Shown piece by piece: positions 31,053-49,432 of a DNA stretch of 64,000 nucleotides. The DNA lies in the NCBI RefSeq assembly GCF_009914755.1, contig NC_060942.1; one strand, 5' to 3'. The position numbers and the translations under genes were made by a program. A model generated the notes under the pieces. It searched no databases, had not been told where the DNA came from, and was given only the letters and a program-made list of their open reading frames with translations. Within the stretch, counting starts at the first letter, position 1. Each line of letters begins with the position of its first letter. Source of the DNA: the human T2T-CHM13v2.0 reference genome, Homo sapiens.

Positions 31053-32425
31053 CCATAAAGGGACACATCCTTGTTTGAGATGCTTGGGATAGAAGGTAAG
31101 ACCCTGAGGGAATAGGTGTCAGAAGCCACAGAAACAAAGCAGATGGTAAAACTACTCTGGATGGCACCAGAAGAAAACTGTTTTTTCTGTCTCCAGGAAA
31201 GAAGAGGAAAGAAAGAGAAAGAAGTCAGTAAGAAAATTTGAAGTGTAGGGACTTTTTGGACAAAGGGCCAAAAGAATTTTCTCAGGAGGGTCTGAAAGTA
31301 CCCCCAACAGGAAATTCTGATTATATTCCTATGATATAAACCCCCAAACCTTCAACAAAATCTATTACATATGGAAACAGAAACCCACAGCCAGAGGTGA
31401 CCATGAGAATATCAACCTGGCATTCCTCCACCCCCTTATCTCACTGCCCTCTCATTCAGAAATTTGTAGAAATCTCACAGAAGCCACATGAGCCCCACAA
31501 GGTATGAAATATGGTTCATGCCAATATTATCTAAATCTCAAAGCACTAGGATATTTTAGCTGACACTTGGAACTGCAAAGAAAGATGAAGTAGACTTGCA
31601 GATAGATGCAGAAATGAAAGACCAAGTGACCCTAGAGAGAGAGAATGAGAGTTATAAGGCTATTTTCTGGTTCTAATTCCTCATTTGGCCAGACTGACTC
31701 CCTGCTTTTGAAATACCCACATCCCTATATTCCTCTTGGGATAACTTTATAGCCTCAAAATAAATCTCCCTTTCTTGTTGTTGGTTAAAGTAGCTCATGT
31801 TAGTTTCATTTGTGATTAAAATAATTTTAACTAGGATTTATATAATATACATATCAAAGGACATCATAAATAAATAGCAAAACCAGACAGTTATTAGAAG
31901 TTTTAATCTGGGCTGCTATTCCAGGGGGGACATTTATACCACAACAATACAGTGAATAAAAGTACTGCCTCATTTTTCCAAACTAGTGTCACATAGAATA
32001 CTTCACTCACTATTAGGTAGGGGTTAATAAGTATGCTATAAAAAAGAATGTTTTGAGGTCAAATACATTTGGAAAATACTAATACAGAATAAATGACTTC
32101 TGAGCAGTTGGGGGAGACTTTTTTTTAAGGGGAGTTGACTATAAGACCCTTTCTTCCCACTGAGTGGCAGAGAAGAGAAGGTACATTATTGGAGGGAACT
32201 TAAAAGGTAATTACTTCAACAATAACAAGTTTATACTTGTTACAAAAGTAGCTAAAATAATATAATATCAATGTAAGGACAAAATCTAGTTCATCTCTAA
32301 GGCAGTATAATGTAATGGTTAAAACACATGACTTCTAGAACTAGGCTGCCAACCTCTGTAACTATTTCTTCATCTCTAAATAATACTTACCTCAATGCTT
32401 TGTGAGAATTAAATGAGTTACTATA

Positions 32426-32779
32426 TGAATTAGTCCATTTTCATGCTGCTGATAAAGACATACCCAAGAAGGAGGTTTATTGGACTTACAGTTCCACGAG
32501 GTTGGGGAGGCCTCACAATCATGGCAGAAGGTGAAAAGCAAGGAGGAGCAAGTCACATCTTACATGGATGGCAACAGGCAAAGAGAGAGCTTGTGCAGGG
32601 AAACTCTTTTTTTAAAATCATCAGATCTCGAGACTCATTCACTATCATGAGAACAGTGCACGAAAGACCCACACCCATAATTCAATCACCTCCCACTGGG
32701 TTCCTCCCATGACACATGGGAATTATGGGAGTTACTATTCAAGATGAGATTTGGGTGGGGACAGAGCCAAACCACATCA
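32426..32779 (-). mobile_element. THE1-type MaLR solo LTR inserted in a MIR
   Basis: ttagtccattttcatgctgctgataaagacatacc...gccaaaccacatca; TSD ctata. Confidence 0.9.
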
Positions 32780-32797
32780 CTATATAAAAAGTACTTC

Positions 32798-33116
<319 letters not shown>

Positions 33117-33139
33117 TTATTATTATGAAGAAGCCTCCC

Positions 33140-35251
<2,112 letters not shown>

Positions 35252-35435
35252 TAAATCAGAATACAAACATGCTTTTTTTTTTTTTTTTTTTAAGACAGTA
35301 TCTCGCTCTGTTGCCCAGGCTGGAGTACAGTGGTGCAATACAGCTCCCTGCAGCCTTGACCTTCTGGGCTCAAGCAATCCTCCTCTTCAGCCTCCCAAGT
35401 AGCTGGCACCACAGGCACAGACCACCGCTCCCAGC

Positions 35436-38400
35436 TTCTTTATGTATTCTTGATATAAGCCCTTTATCTGATATGTCATTTGCAAATATTTTCTCCCAGT
35501 CTATGGCTTATCCTTTCATTTCTTAATTATGACTTTTGAAGATCAAAAGTTCTTAACTTTGTCAAAGTAAAATCTATGAATTTTGTTCTCTTGAATCATT
35601 CGTTTGGTGTCATACATAGTAAGTATTTTGTATAACTCAAGGTTACAAAGTTTTTATCCTAAAAATTCTGAAGTTTTATATTTTATATTTAGAACCATGA
35701 TCTAAGTTAACAGTTGTATAATGTATGGATAGTTCTTTTTTATGTAAATATCCAATTCTTCCAGCACTATTGTTGAAAAAACTGTTTCCTTTCTCCTGAA
35801 TTATCTTTTCACCTTTGTCAAAAATGAATTGGTCATATATGTGTGGCTCTATTTCTGAACTCTCTATACATTCTTACTGAATTTTTATTGCCTATGCCAG
35901 TACCATACCATTTTGATTACTGTGGCTTTATGATAAATCTTAAAATCATGTAGTGTAATAAGTGGTGTGCTGAAACTGGCTTGCACCCATTCACAAGAAC
36001 TGATCTTGTATATCTCTTCCGTACCCTGTGTTCAGTGATGTCACATTAGTAGCTTGAAATCAGCCATGGTGTATTTATACCACAAAAGTATTTCCAGAGA
36101 GCTAGTTGTTAAACATCAGCACATCACTAGGTATAAATTATCTATTTATTCAAAGTTGTTCTGACTTGGCATTTCAACATAAATTTTAGAATCAACCTGT
36201 CAATTTATACAAAAATGCTAGGATGTTTACTAGGATTGCATAAAATTTATAGATCAATTTAGGAGGAAATTACATCTTTTTTTCTCCCTCTGTTGCCCAG
36301 GCTGGAGTGCGGTGGCATGAACACAGCTCACTGCAGCCTTGACCCCCTGGGCTCAAGCGATACCCCCATCTCAGCCTCCCAAAGTGCTGGAATTATAAGC
36401 ATGAGCTACAATTCCCAGCCAAGAAATTATATCTTAAGAATAAAGAGTCCTCCAATCCATGAACCCTGTATCTCTCTCTATTTGAGTAGTCTTTAATGTC
36501 CATCAGCAATATTTTATAGTGTTTAGTTACAGTTCTCACACATCTTTTGTAAAATTTATACCAAAATATTTCATAATTTTTGGTACTACTCAATATACTA
36601 TTATAAATAGTATTGTTTTTCAGATTTTAATTTTAGGTTATTCATTGCTATTATTATTGTTTTTGTATATCGATCTTGTTTACTACAAGCTTGCTAAATT
36701 CAATTATTAGTTTTAGAATATTTTTTGTAGATGCTACAGAATTTTCTACACAGATACTCATGTTACCTGCAAAGACAGTTTTACTTCTTCCTTTTCAGTC
36801 TACATGGCCTTTTATTTTTTCTTGCCTTTTTTGCCTCAGTCTTTCACTATCCCCATTAACTATGATGTCAGTGGTAGGTTTTTCATAGATGCCACTTGTC
36901 ATAATGAGTGAATTCCATTCCTAGCTTACAAATACCTTTTATCAGGAAAGTCTGTTAAATATTGTCCAAAATTTTTTTTGCACCTATTGAAATAATCATT
37001 GGCTTCAATTTGCTAAAATTTTTAGAATTTTATAACTATTTCATAAGAAATACGAATCTATAAAATTCTTTTCTTGCAATGTATTTAATTTTGGTATCAG
37101 AGTAATGCTGGCCTTATAAAATGAATTGGCAGTTATTTCCTCCTCTTTGATTTTCTGGAAAAGTTTGCATTAAATTGGTGTTATTTCTTCCTGGAATGTT
37201 TGTAAGAATTCCAGTGAAACCACTTACCAGTGAAACTCTTGGCTTGGAATTCTTTATGGTTAGGTCTTTAACTACAAATTAAATTTATTTAATAAATAAA
37301 AGGTTATTTCTTCTTGGATTAGCTTTGATAGTTTGTGTCTCTCAAGTAATTGTGTCTATTTCATCTAAGTTGACCATACTGACATAAAATTCATAATATT
37401 TCCTTCTCACACTTTTCATCTGTTGCATCTGTATTGATACCACTTCTTTCATTCCAAATATTCAAAATTTGTGTTTTCTCCCCCTACCGCTAATCCTTTT
37501 TTCCCCCCGGATCAGTGTGGCTAGAAGTTTAAATCAGTTGTATTGATTCAGTCAAAGAAGCAGCTTTTGGTTGTACTGATTTTTTCTATCTGTCTTCCAG
37601 TTCATTGATTTCTACTCTAATTTTTATTATTTTCTTTCTCTTCTTTTTCTGGTTTCTTAAGGTGGAAGCTGAGGTCATTGATTCGAGATCTTTCTTTTTC
37701 CAACATAGACATTTAATGTCTATATTTTATTTAAAACACATTTAGTGTTATAAATTTCCTTCTAAGTACTGCTGTAGCAACATCCCACAATTTTAATATG
37801 TTGAATTTTCATTACCATCTAGCTCAAAATACTTTCCTGTTTGATTTCATCACTGACATATGAGTTATTTAGGAGTGTGTTGTTTCGTTTACAAATATTT
37901 GGGGAATTCCCCACACATCATTCTGTTATTGATTTCTAACTTAATGCCATTGTCATCAGAAAACATACTTTGTATTACTTGAGTCTGTTTAAATTTGAGA
38001 CTTGTTTTATGACCTAGAATATAGCCTAACTTGGTCAATGTTCCATGTGCACTTGAAAAGAATGTGTGTTTTGTTGTTTTAAAGTGATCTACAAATGTCA
38101 ATTACATCTACTAGGTTGATAGTGTTAATTAAGCCTTCTACACTTTTACTGATTTTCTGTCTACTTACCCTATCAATTATTGAAAGAGGAGTATTGGAAT
38201 CTCCAGATATAATTATGGGATCTAGTTATAAATTTTTCCTGTACTCCTTTCAGTTCTATCAGATTTTGATTCGTGTGTTTTCCATTTGTATCATTAGACA
38301 CATGAATGTGTACAATTATATTAGGTACCCCTGATGAATTCACCCTTTTATCATTTTGAAATGACCCTTTTTATCCTTAGTAATATACTCTGATCTAAAA

Positions 38401-38570
38401 CCTATTTTGTCTGATAGTAATATGAGTATCTTTTGATTAGTGTTGCCATGGTATGTCTTTTTTGGTCCTTTTACCTTTAACCTATTTGGTTTTTTATGTC
38501 TAAAATATGTTTATTGCAGGCAGCATATAGTTGGGTCTTACATTTTTAACCAATCTGGCAATCTTTGTGA
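35436..38570 (-). mobile_element. Ancient L1M ORF2 region, antisense, with small nested repeats
   Basis: ORF 37889-38101 (-) HTFFSSAHGTLTKLGYILGHKTSL..FSDDNGIKLEIN is L1 endonuclease-like. Confidence 0.85.
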
Positions 38571-38889
38571 AATCACTAAACTCTACCTGGGTTACTGACT
38601 TCCTTTCTACTATCATATCTTTACTTTCCAATATCTCTTTTTTGTTCTCAAAAAGTTCTACTTTTGGATAGCCTTTCTATTCTTGTTTTACACAATCAGT
38701 AACTTGTCTTATTTCTTTGAACATATTAATATAGTCAATTTAAAACACTATTCTATTCTCCGCATTGACTGTTTTTTCTATGTTCATTTTACCTGTTGGT
38801 TTCTCTTCCTCTCTCTTTTTCATGTTACATGCTCTCTAATCAGTCATTGATTTATGTTAGGGTGATGTTAACTGATAGACTTAATATTA

Positions 38890-39130
38890 GGGTAGGATTT
38901 CTCAACTTTGGCCCTATTGACATTTTGAACTGAATAATTATTTTGGGGAACAGGAAGATGAGCTTCCCTGTGTACTGCAAAATGGTTAGCAGCATCCTTG
39001 GCCTCTATCCACGAGATGCCAGTAGCACACCTCTGCGCATATCTTTAGTTATTACAATCAAGTATCTCTCCAAACATTGCCAAATGTCCCCTGTGGGGGG
39101 AAACCAGTCCTAGTTTTTAGCCAATGCATT
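38890..39130. mobile_element. MER20-type hAT transposon
   Basis: tttctcaactttggccctattgacattttg...ccaaacattgccaaatgtcccctg. Confidence 0.8.
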
Positions 39131-39286
39131 ACGGTGATCAGGGTCTTGAGAGTTTCTCAGAGAAGTTCTCCAGTTTCCTACTTTGTGAGTGAAGAATATG
39201 AACCTAGTCACTAGCATTTGGAAACCAAGCAGATGAACAGACATAGGTATCTCACCAACCAATACACAGACTCTGACTTAATCTCT

Positions 39287-39775
39287 CTGGTAGGCAGAAT
39301 AATGGCCTCTCACAGATGTCCACACATCCTAATCCCAGGAACCTATGAACATGTTATGTTACATGGCAAAAGAGAATTTAGATAGCAGGTAGAATTAAGC
39401 TTGCTAAAAAATTGACCTTAACAAAGGGAGATTATCTTGGATTATTCAGTTGGATTTAAATACAGAAGAGGAGGGCAGGAGAGTCAGGGACAAAATGATA
39501 TGACATGAAAAATCCATTGCTGGCTTTGAAGAAGTAAGGAAGCCATGAGCCAAGTAATGCAGGTGGCTGAAAGAAGCTGGGAAAGGCAAGAAAACAAAAT
39601 TTCTTTCTAGAGCCTCCATGAAGAAAGACAACTCTGCTGACACGTTAATTTTAACCCGCTGAGATTCATTTTGGACTTCTGACCCCTGGAATTATAAGAT
39701 GATAAATTTGTGTTTTTTTTAAACCACTATATTTGAGGGTTAATGTGTTATAGAACCAATAGGAAAAATCATATA
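39287..39775 (+). mobile_element. MLT1C/D-type MaLR LTR
   Basis: tggtaggcagaataatggcc...gatgtccacacatcctaatccc...ttacatggcaaaag. Confidence 0.8.
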
Positions 39776-40544
39776 ATCATTTGATTTCAGTATGGTGCTT
39801 TAGCATCCACTCTCAGTTCTGCTTAGTATTCCCAAATCTAGAACAAACCTGAGATAATCTCTTCTACCATGAATCAACAAGTCCTATCTATCTCTGTCAA
39901 GGTTGAAGAATCCAGGCTTCTTCATTGAGATGGGACCAACGGAGCAAACTGTTGCTTAAACAGATTTTCAACCAATCCTTCCATTCCAAGCCCACTCTAC
40001 TCCCCAAGGCTATTTAAGGGGAACTTGTACCTCCAAATCCTGAGTTTTTCCAGCATTCTACAGTAGAGACAGACATGCTTTTATCATGGCAAGTAGTCAG
40101 ACTTCCTCTCTATTCTGCTAAGTCACCACTCATTCTCATTCCTCCTTGCAAAAACACATAGACGTCTCTTATCCGCTACGTCTCTCAATCTTTTTGGTCT
40201 TTAAGGGTTCATGCAGTTTTGGTTTCTCTACTGTCATTTTACTGGGATTTCAAGAACAACAGAAATAAACAAGTTCACCTGCAATGTTTAACTAGTTTTA
40301 TTTTCAGCTGACATTTTATCAAGCGCTTACTGTGTATTAGATTTGCAGATAAACCTTTATATAAATTATCATCTGAATCTTGTAATAACTCTAGGAGATA
40401 GGTACTATTATTTTGCTTCCCATTTTATAAATAAAACTGATGTTTGATTCAGGTGACAAGGCTAGGGTGGAACAGAACTGCGATGGAACCCAAGTCTTTA
40501 TGACTCAAAAGCCAATTTGCCTAGACAATTATGCAATCTTGTTA

Positions 40545-41728
40545 ATTTTTCAATTAACAATTCACAGGTTTTACTCTAGATTAGAGGTCAGCAAACTATG
40601 GTTTACTAGCCAAATCTGGTCTGCCCCTTGTTTTGTAAAGTTTTATTAGAACATATCCATACCAATCGTGTGGAAAAAAGCACACTCAAACTCAAAGTAC
40701 TTTTTCTATTCTCTCACTCAACACCAAGAATTAACACAGAAGACTTCTGCAGCCAAATGTGTGGAGATTTTCCCCTACCAACAAGCAAGTAATGAATTCT
40801 GCAGCAGATACCAGGTAGGTATCCTCCAATTTAGTTCTGACACTATCTACCTAGAAATCAAATTCCACAAGTTGGGGCTCAGTACCGAAAGACTGCCCCC
40901 TACTTCTGATGCCAACAAGTCCTGGGTTATTTTTACCTGTGCTTTTAACTGATTGGTTATAAACTGGGGATCCCAAGACCCCCTCCTTGGATTTGATTAA
41001 TTTGCTAGAGCAACTCACAGAACTGAAGGGAACCATTTACGTTTACCAGTTTACAGTAAAGGATATTGCCACAGGTACAGGTGAAGAGAGTCATGGGGTA
41101 GGCACGTTAGAAGAGGTGTTGCACTTCCCTGCCCTCTCCAGTGCACCACCCTCCAGGAAGCTCCATGTGTTCAGCTATCGGAAAGCTATTGTGTCCTTTG
41201 GGTTTTCACGGGACTTCATTACATAGGTATGATTAAACCATTGGCCATTAGTGATCAATTTAACCCACAGGTTGTAGGGAAGGGCTGAAAATCCTAAGCC
41301 CCTAATCCTGCCTTGGTCTTTCTGGTGACCAGCCCCCATCCTGAAGCTACCTAGGGGTTGCCAGCTACCAGTCAACTCATTAGCATCCAAAGACATCACT
41401 TTGGAGAGTAAGGATTTTAGGAGTCATACACCAGGAAAAAGGGTCAAAGACCAAACACGTATTTCACAATATCACACCCATTTAAATGACTATTGTCTAT
41501 GCCTGTTTTTGTGCTACACTGTTACAACTGAATAGTTGAGACAGAGACAATCTAGCTGACAAACTCTATTAGTCTCTGCTCCTTTAAGGAAAAATCTGCT
41601 GACCCTGCTGTAGAAAATAACCTTATTACCAAGTTTTGAATTCATGGTGTCCTCATATACTTAACACTTTTGTTACTGTTATCAAATCAAAGGCACTATT
41701 TTTATTGTTCCTTTAGCCTTTTGTTACC
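40545..41728 (-). pseudogene. Dynein fossil exon split by MER58A/MER21
   Basis: Acceptor tctatctgcag at 41729; KYMRT-HEF (EYVRALHEL), then RLFS|LE (SLFSAE) across the transposon TSD. Confidence 0.55.
40582..41607. mobile_element. MER58A hAT transposon containing a nested MER21-type LTR (~40666-41478)
   Basis: Ends gaggtcagcaaact / ctgctgaccctg; 8-bp TSD ctctagat/ctgtagaa. Confidence 0.8.
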
Positions 41729-42870
41729 CTGCAGATAGAAATCTTTGGCCATGGTTTAAAAAGAAAAGCCTCTAAACCCATCTCCCATGTGAAGTCTTCC
41801 CCATACTTATAGTCATACTCACTCCCATTTCTGAGCTCCCATCTCAATTATTATAATTACAGTATTTAGTGGAGTTTGATTCATATAGTCATTACTAGTT
41901 GTGATTCCCCTGAGATCTAGCAACTGCTTAACTCTGATAAGCATTTATTAAGTACCTTCTAAGTGTCAGTCAGTGTTCTAGACACTAGAAATACAAAAAT
42001 AAAAATGGCATCTTTTGGTTCATATGTATTCTTTTTAATTAGGTATAAAAATAGAAAAGAAACTGAGCATGGAATTGTGCCTATGGTCCCTGCAATAATT
42101 GCATCAGAATCACTAGAAGTGCTTGGGCAACATTCCTATTGAATGTTGAAGCAGAATCTGCGGTGGTTAGGCCCAGGAATCTGTGCTCTTAATCAACACT
42201 TCAGATGATTCTTAAGCACAAAGGTTTCAGAAACACTATGTCAGTAGACAGGAAATACTGCTTCTAAATGTGCAAGTATTATGAGAGAGTAAGAACAAAT
42301 CCCACATGATCTCTCTTAATACAAACCAATTTCTGTCAAAATGTAATGTTTTGCTGCTCATTTCTTCTTTCCAAAACTTACTAGACACGCTTAATCGAGA
42401 ACTTTGACGTTGCTCTCATCTTTACTAATTTTACTTACATTGTGAACCCTGTACCTGGCACAGTTCTTGAAACATAGTTGATACCAATACTTTGTGTTGA
42501 ACTGTTGAATATTCAGAGCAAAACCTTTTTAAGTTGTCCCTAGTATGTAGAAGTAGGAGTTTTTCCAATTTTAGACTGGAATGGTATGAGGATCATTTGA
42601 GAACAAGGAAGATAACACACCCAGGCAAATGTTTGGTCAACCTACACCTTGTTTCTCTCCTTCTAGAAATGCTTCCTTCTAGCTCTCAAGCCCACTACCC
42701 TGTGGGGAATATCAATCTCGCTCCTCAAGGCTAAGCTAGATCAAGCAAAGCCAAGCAGACTAGTGGAAAAGGTCAGGCATTATAGGATCCATCTTCATCA
42801 TAGGTAATCTATTTCTAGAGGCTGTAGTCAGGAGAATGCCCTAGAATACATGTTTAAAAGGATTACCTAC

Positions 42871-43419
42871 CTCTGAAGATAATAGACCACTTGCTTATAT
42901 ATGTCTACCACGAGAGTCTTATAACAATGGACTCTTGCTATACCTGACACAGATCTACCCCTCCCACTAGAACTCTGAATTATTTTGCTGGAGGCTACAA
43001 CATTCTGAGTAGTTTGTTGGGAGTTGACAGGAGGTGGGGATAACCCACCCAGTACAAGCTTAGCAGAGCTGAGCCGCTGCAGCAAGTTGGGCTAGCCTTT
43101 GATACAGACTGGTTGGACAGGTTCTGGATCTACAGAAGAACCGGTTTTACTGGCCTGTTGTGCCAACATATTCTGGTTTGATTCCATGTTCCACAGACGG
43201 TAGAAACCTGCCCAGCCAGTTAAATGAAAGGCATATTAGGTTATCCATTGCACTCAGTATATAGCTTAGATGCAGCAGAACTCTTCCACATAGCAGTAGT
43301 GTCTAGCAAACCAGTGTGGTCCAGAGAGGTGGTGTTCACTGATTTAATGTTTAAGTTGATAGATTCAGGGAAAGTGAGCAGTGAAACAATTTCTGCTTTT
43401 CACCAAGAGCAGAGGTTTT
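42871..43419 (-). pseudogene. Best-preserved dynein fossil exon (549 nt, tail region)
   Basis: Acceptor cttcgacttatttag, donor ag|gtaggt; YVEEFC..QWIT*YAF..GW (KVQEFCREHHWITGIYEFLQSW); GIKPEYV (PIKNYV); SECCSLQQ (NECWNLSQQ); YKTLVVDIY (FRTINSDIH). Confidence 0.75.
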
Positions 43420-45245
43420 CTAAATAAGTCGAAGGGTAAGTATATTTTTAAAATTTCTCAGTTTCCTATGCATTTTGGAAAGTTAAATTAAGAAATGATG
43501 TTTAAAAAGATAATCAATTTTTAACATAGTAATACCTGCATTATACCTTTTCTGTAAAGCTAGATATTGTTTTATAACACTTGCGTTATGTTCATTGATT
43601 GTTTGCATAAAGGTTATTTGGTATATAATATTCTCTTACTATGCTTTTCTGTAAGTTGTGCATGGCTATAGTCATTTTAAAAGCTGGACTGAATAATTTT
43701 GCCAAATAAATTTCACACATTAATGATTTACATTAAGCCATCTACTTCCTTCATAATGTAACTATTATGTTTTATAGGCTGTTGCTATATGGTAACAATT
43801 TTATATGGTAAATCTAATTGTGGATAAATAATAATTGCCCTTTTAAGGCCAAAAAAAGCATTGGCCGGCTGGTGATCCTAAGTACATTCATTAGAGGAAC
43901 AATTCACAGTAAAAATTGAGGAGTGTGAAAAACAAAGACCGTGGAATCTGGTAACTGATTAACTATTGGAGCTCAAAAGCACTTGCTGAGCTGAATAGAA
44001 AGGAATGAAGACAGGTTTTGTCATGCCTATTAGGTCTGAAAAACTTTTTAGGTTAAAGAATACCTGGATCTTCCTTTCATTTATATTAAAAATCTTCCTT
44101 TTATCTCTCTCTTTACGTAATCCAATTAATTTATTTTAGTAGTTTGTATCATGTAAAATGAAAGTTACCAATCCCTTTAGATTTATGTTGGCATACCATC
44201 CTACCCCTTTATTTACTGATATTAGATTGAATTGAAGCACATGTCTTCTAGGGCATTTAATTTAACATAACAGCTGACATATGATTTTATCTGGGAATTT
44301 AAAATTTTTTTAACATATTATACTGAATGCTTTCCTGTCATCTTAGTAGGACTTTGCTTTGAGCTGAGCAAGACTGATGCATCCTTTTCATTGTCCCTAG
44401 GGTTCCCACTTTGTCACTATGTTCAAACTCAAAGGCTATAATATTATTTTCTAACTCAAAGGCTATAATATTAGTTTCCTTAGGATGTTGACAAAGAATA
44501 AATTTAAAAGTGTGAATAAATGTTCAGATGAGATTTCATTTTTTGCAGGGAAAACCCTTGGATGCTTCATAGTCCTACTTCTAGGCAGTTCTGCATGAAT
44601 TTCTGGTAATCCAGGTAAACTGCTGAAAAGCTATGTAATGTTGTATCTGCAAAAGCAATGTGCTGATTCAGCAAGCCAATATTAATTTTATTCAGCACAA
44701 ATTGTATTTTGACAAGTTTTTGGTAATATGGATCAAAACTTTTAATTGGCTGAATTTTTCTGAATTTACTACATGAAACCTAGTTTTCAGGTAATATATA
44801 TATACCAATAGAGCACATTGTTAGTATTTCTGGTGAATATATTGTATATGATAATTTAAAAAATTTAAACCACACCGTGTTTAAAACATAGGGCTTACTG
44901 TTTAAAGATAAATTTAATTTGGGATTCTAATTTATTTATTGAGCATTTTTTATGTTTATGGTTTTGAAGAAAGCTATTTAAGAACTAGATATACATTTAT
45001 ATAAAATCCATGGGTAAAATTTCAAGCTTAACTCTGTATTTTGGGAGAGGATTTTACAATTTTCATTTAATGGAATTTTCATTTTCAAATATATGTAAGT
45101 CCTATTAGATATTACTTTCATGTATTTTCCATAAATTTAGTCCTTTAAAATATTGATACATTGTGATATTTTTGTTAAAACTGAGGATATATAAATTTGT
45201 CAATCAAATTAGGAGTGTGTATGTATTTTATACAGACCAACATAC

Positions 45246-45450
45246 TTCAGCGCCTAGTCAAAAAGTATTCCACTCATTTAAAATTTTTTTACTCTTTTAG
45301 TCGAGGATGCATTTCTTTTTATTCCTAGCTGCACAATTTCGCATAACTCTTTCTGTCAACAATGCTAGCTTTCTTAACAACTGCAACTTCTTTCCCTCCT
45401 ATCTTCATGTGTTTTCCACTAAAAGCACTTAGAATTATGTCATTTTTTAC
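45246..45450 (-). pseudogene. Candidate fossil exon in the poorly conserved tail insert
   Basis: tccctcttag acceptor and aa|gtatgt donor; first 41 codons open; no clear motif match. Confidence 0.35.
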
Positions 45451-46842
45451 CTAAGAGGGACATTTAAAGAATAACCAATGAATCCAATATCTCATTTTTG
45501 AGTTAAGAAATGAAAAGCCCCAAAATATAGCTAAGTCACTATTATATAATCTAAGGGTAGATCTGGGGCCAGAACATCCAGGTTTCCTGACTTCCACCAA
45601 GACCAGTAATTTTTTCACTACCCTACATTGACTCTTCTGAATACTACATGAAATCTAATCTAAAAAGGTAAAATTATGTTGTATAGTGTGTTAATGAATC
45701 TTTGGTGAACTAAAAAATCATTTGTTTTTATATTTTAATCTATACCATTATTGCCCCAAACATTTTTGGGACAATGGCTGAATATATATGGGATTGCCAT
45801 TGATAACAAAGGTGACTACCACTTCAAACCCCAATCTCTTAATGCCATCATATTATTTTGTTTCAGACTGATGAAAGCCTCACATTCTTTCATATTTGCC
45901 CAACTTGTGGACCCCGCTCTCATTTTCTGACTCAATATTGCTTTAAGCTGTCTCAACTGTCTATTTTCTTAGTATGTATATATTTTTGTATTATTTTAGT
46001 CATTCTTAAATGCTCATAATTTAGGATTTGCCTAAGTTAATATAGTATTCTTTAAATTTGGTTAGAACTGACAGGAAAATTTTGTTATGAAGACAGAAAT
46101 TGCAGGACTTAAAAACCCATCTTAGAGGTGACAGAAGCTGTTATTGAAGGGGTAAGCTTTGCACACAAGTGCTCAAAAAAGTTTTAAACATTTTTAATTT
46201 GAGGAATTCCTAGGAAATGTGATTACAGAAAGTTGGAGAACCAAAGGCCAAAAATTTCAATTCTGATTCCTGGTACTAAATGTTAATTCTACTAATTACC
46301 TTATCTTATCACAGGTAAAATCCTACCTGGAAAATGCTTCTAAATTTGGTCATTTTAGTTCAGTCCAAGTGGACTCTGAAAAAAATCGCTTTCATTTGTT
46401 TCTTAACTTTACAAGAGAAAAGGCAGTATACTGAAAAGCATGTGAGCTTTTGAGCCAAATTGACATGGGTCTGAATAACTCTGCTACAAATTACGTTCCC
46501 CTTGGAAATTATTTAACTCTCTGAGTTAGCTTTTCTCCATCTAGTTAAGGAAGTTAAGTTAATACCATTCTTTCAGAGTTATTGGAAGAATTAAATGAGA
46601 TATCATGTAAAACACTTCACATAGTTCCTAGAACATAGCAGGTGCTCAGCAAATGTCAGTATCCTTCTTACCCCTTTTACAGACTATATAATACATTTCA
46701 ACAAATAGCTTCGGTATTTCCTGAAGTATTTCAGTATTTTCTTTCAGTAAGAGAAGTCAACTTTAACTTAGAATATGCACGTTTTTGTCAGAAAGATAAA
46801 AATAAAATCAGCAATCTTGGAAGGCATTAAGATATAATGTTG

Positions 46843-47184
<342 letters not shown>

Positions 47185-47361
47185 TCAGAAACCCATATAA
47201 TCCAATCCAATTAAAGATTCACTTCAAAGAAGTCTTTGTTAAAAGTATTTTGAGAGTGGTACACCAAGATGATTAAAAGCCTTAAATACTTTTTAAAAAT
47301 TCAATTTCAATCATCTGTACTAATGGAAGAAAGCGTGACATGGATAATTCAAATTATAATG

Positions 47362-47716
47362 CATTCATGCATCAAGTAACAACAGGGATACATTCTGAGA
47401 AATGAGAAATTAGGTGATTTCATTGTTGTGTGAACATTATAAAGTCTACTTACAAAACCTCAATGGCAGAGCCTACTACACACCTAGACTATATGGTATG
47501 TCTTATTGCTTCCAGGTTATAAACCTGTACAGTATGCTACTGTACTGAATACTGTAAGCAACTGTAACATAGTGTGTGTGATAAGTATTTGTGTATCTAA
47601 ACATATACTGACATAGAAAAGGTACCGTAAAAATATGTGGTATTATAATCTTATAGGACCACTGTAGCATTTGTGTTCCACTGCTGATCAAAACACTGCT
47701 ATTCAGTGCATGGCTG
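47362..47716. mobile_element. Tigger3a/MER7A-type DNA transposon inside a fossil exon
   Basis: gggatacattctgagaaatg...gcctactacacacctag...aaacctgtacag...gcatggctg followed by TA. Confidence 0.85.
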
Positions 47717-47809
47717 TACCTTACTTGTGCCTTCTGAGTTTTCCAACAGCTTTTTTTTGTCTATTATCTAACATGACGTCAAATTAATTGGCCAAGAATT
47801 TATTTTCTT

Positions 47810-49432
<1,623 letters not shown>

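Noticed and set aside
44426-44473. Short direct repeats (aactcaaaggctataatatta x2; others near 23128, 27803 and 52233) as an array or CRISPR-like structure
   Set aside because: Two-copy slippage duplications with no spacer organisation, in eukaryotic DNA.
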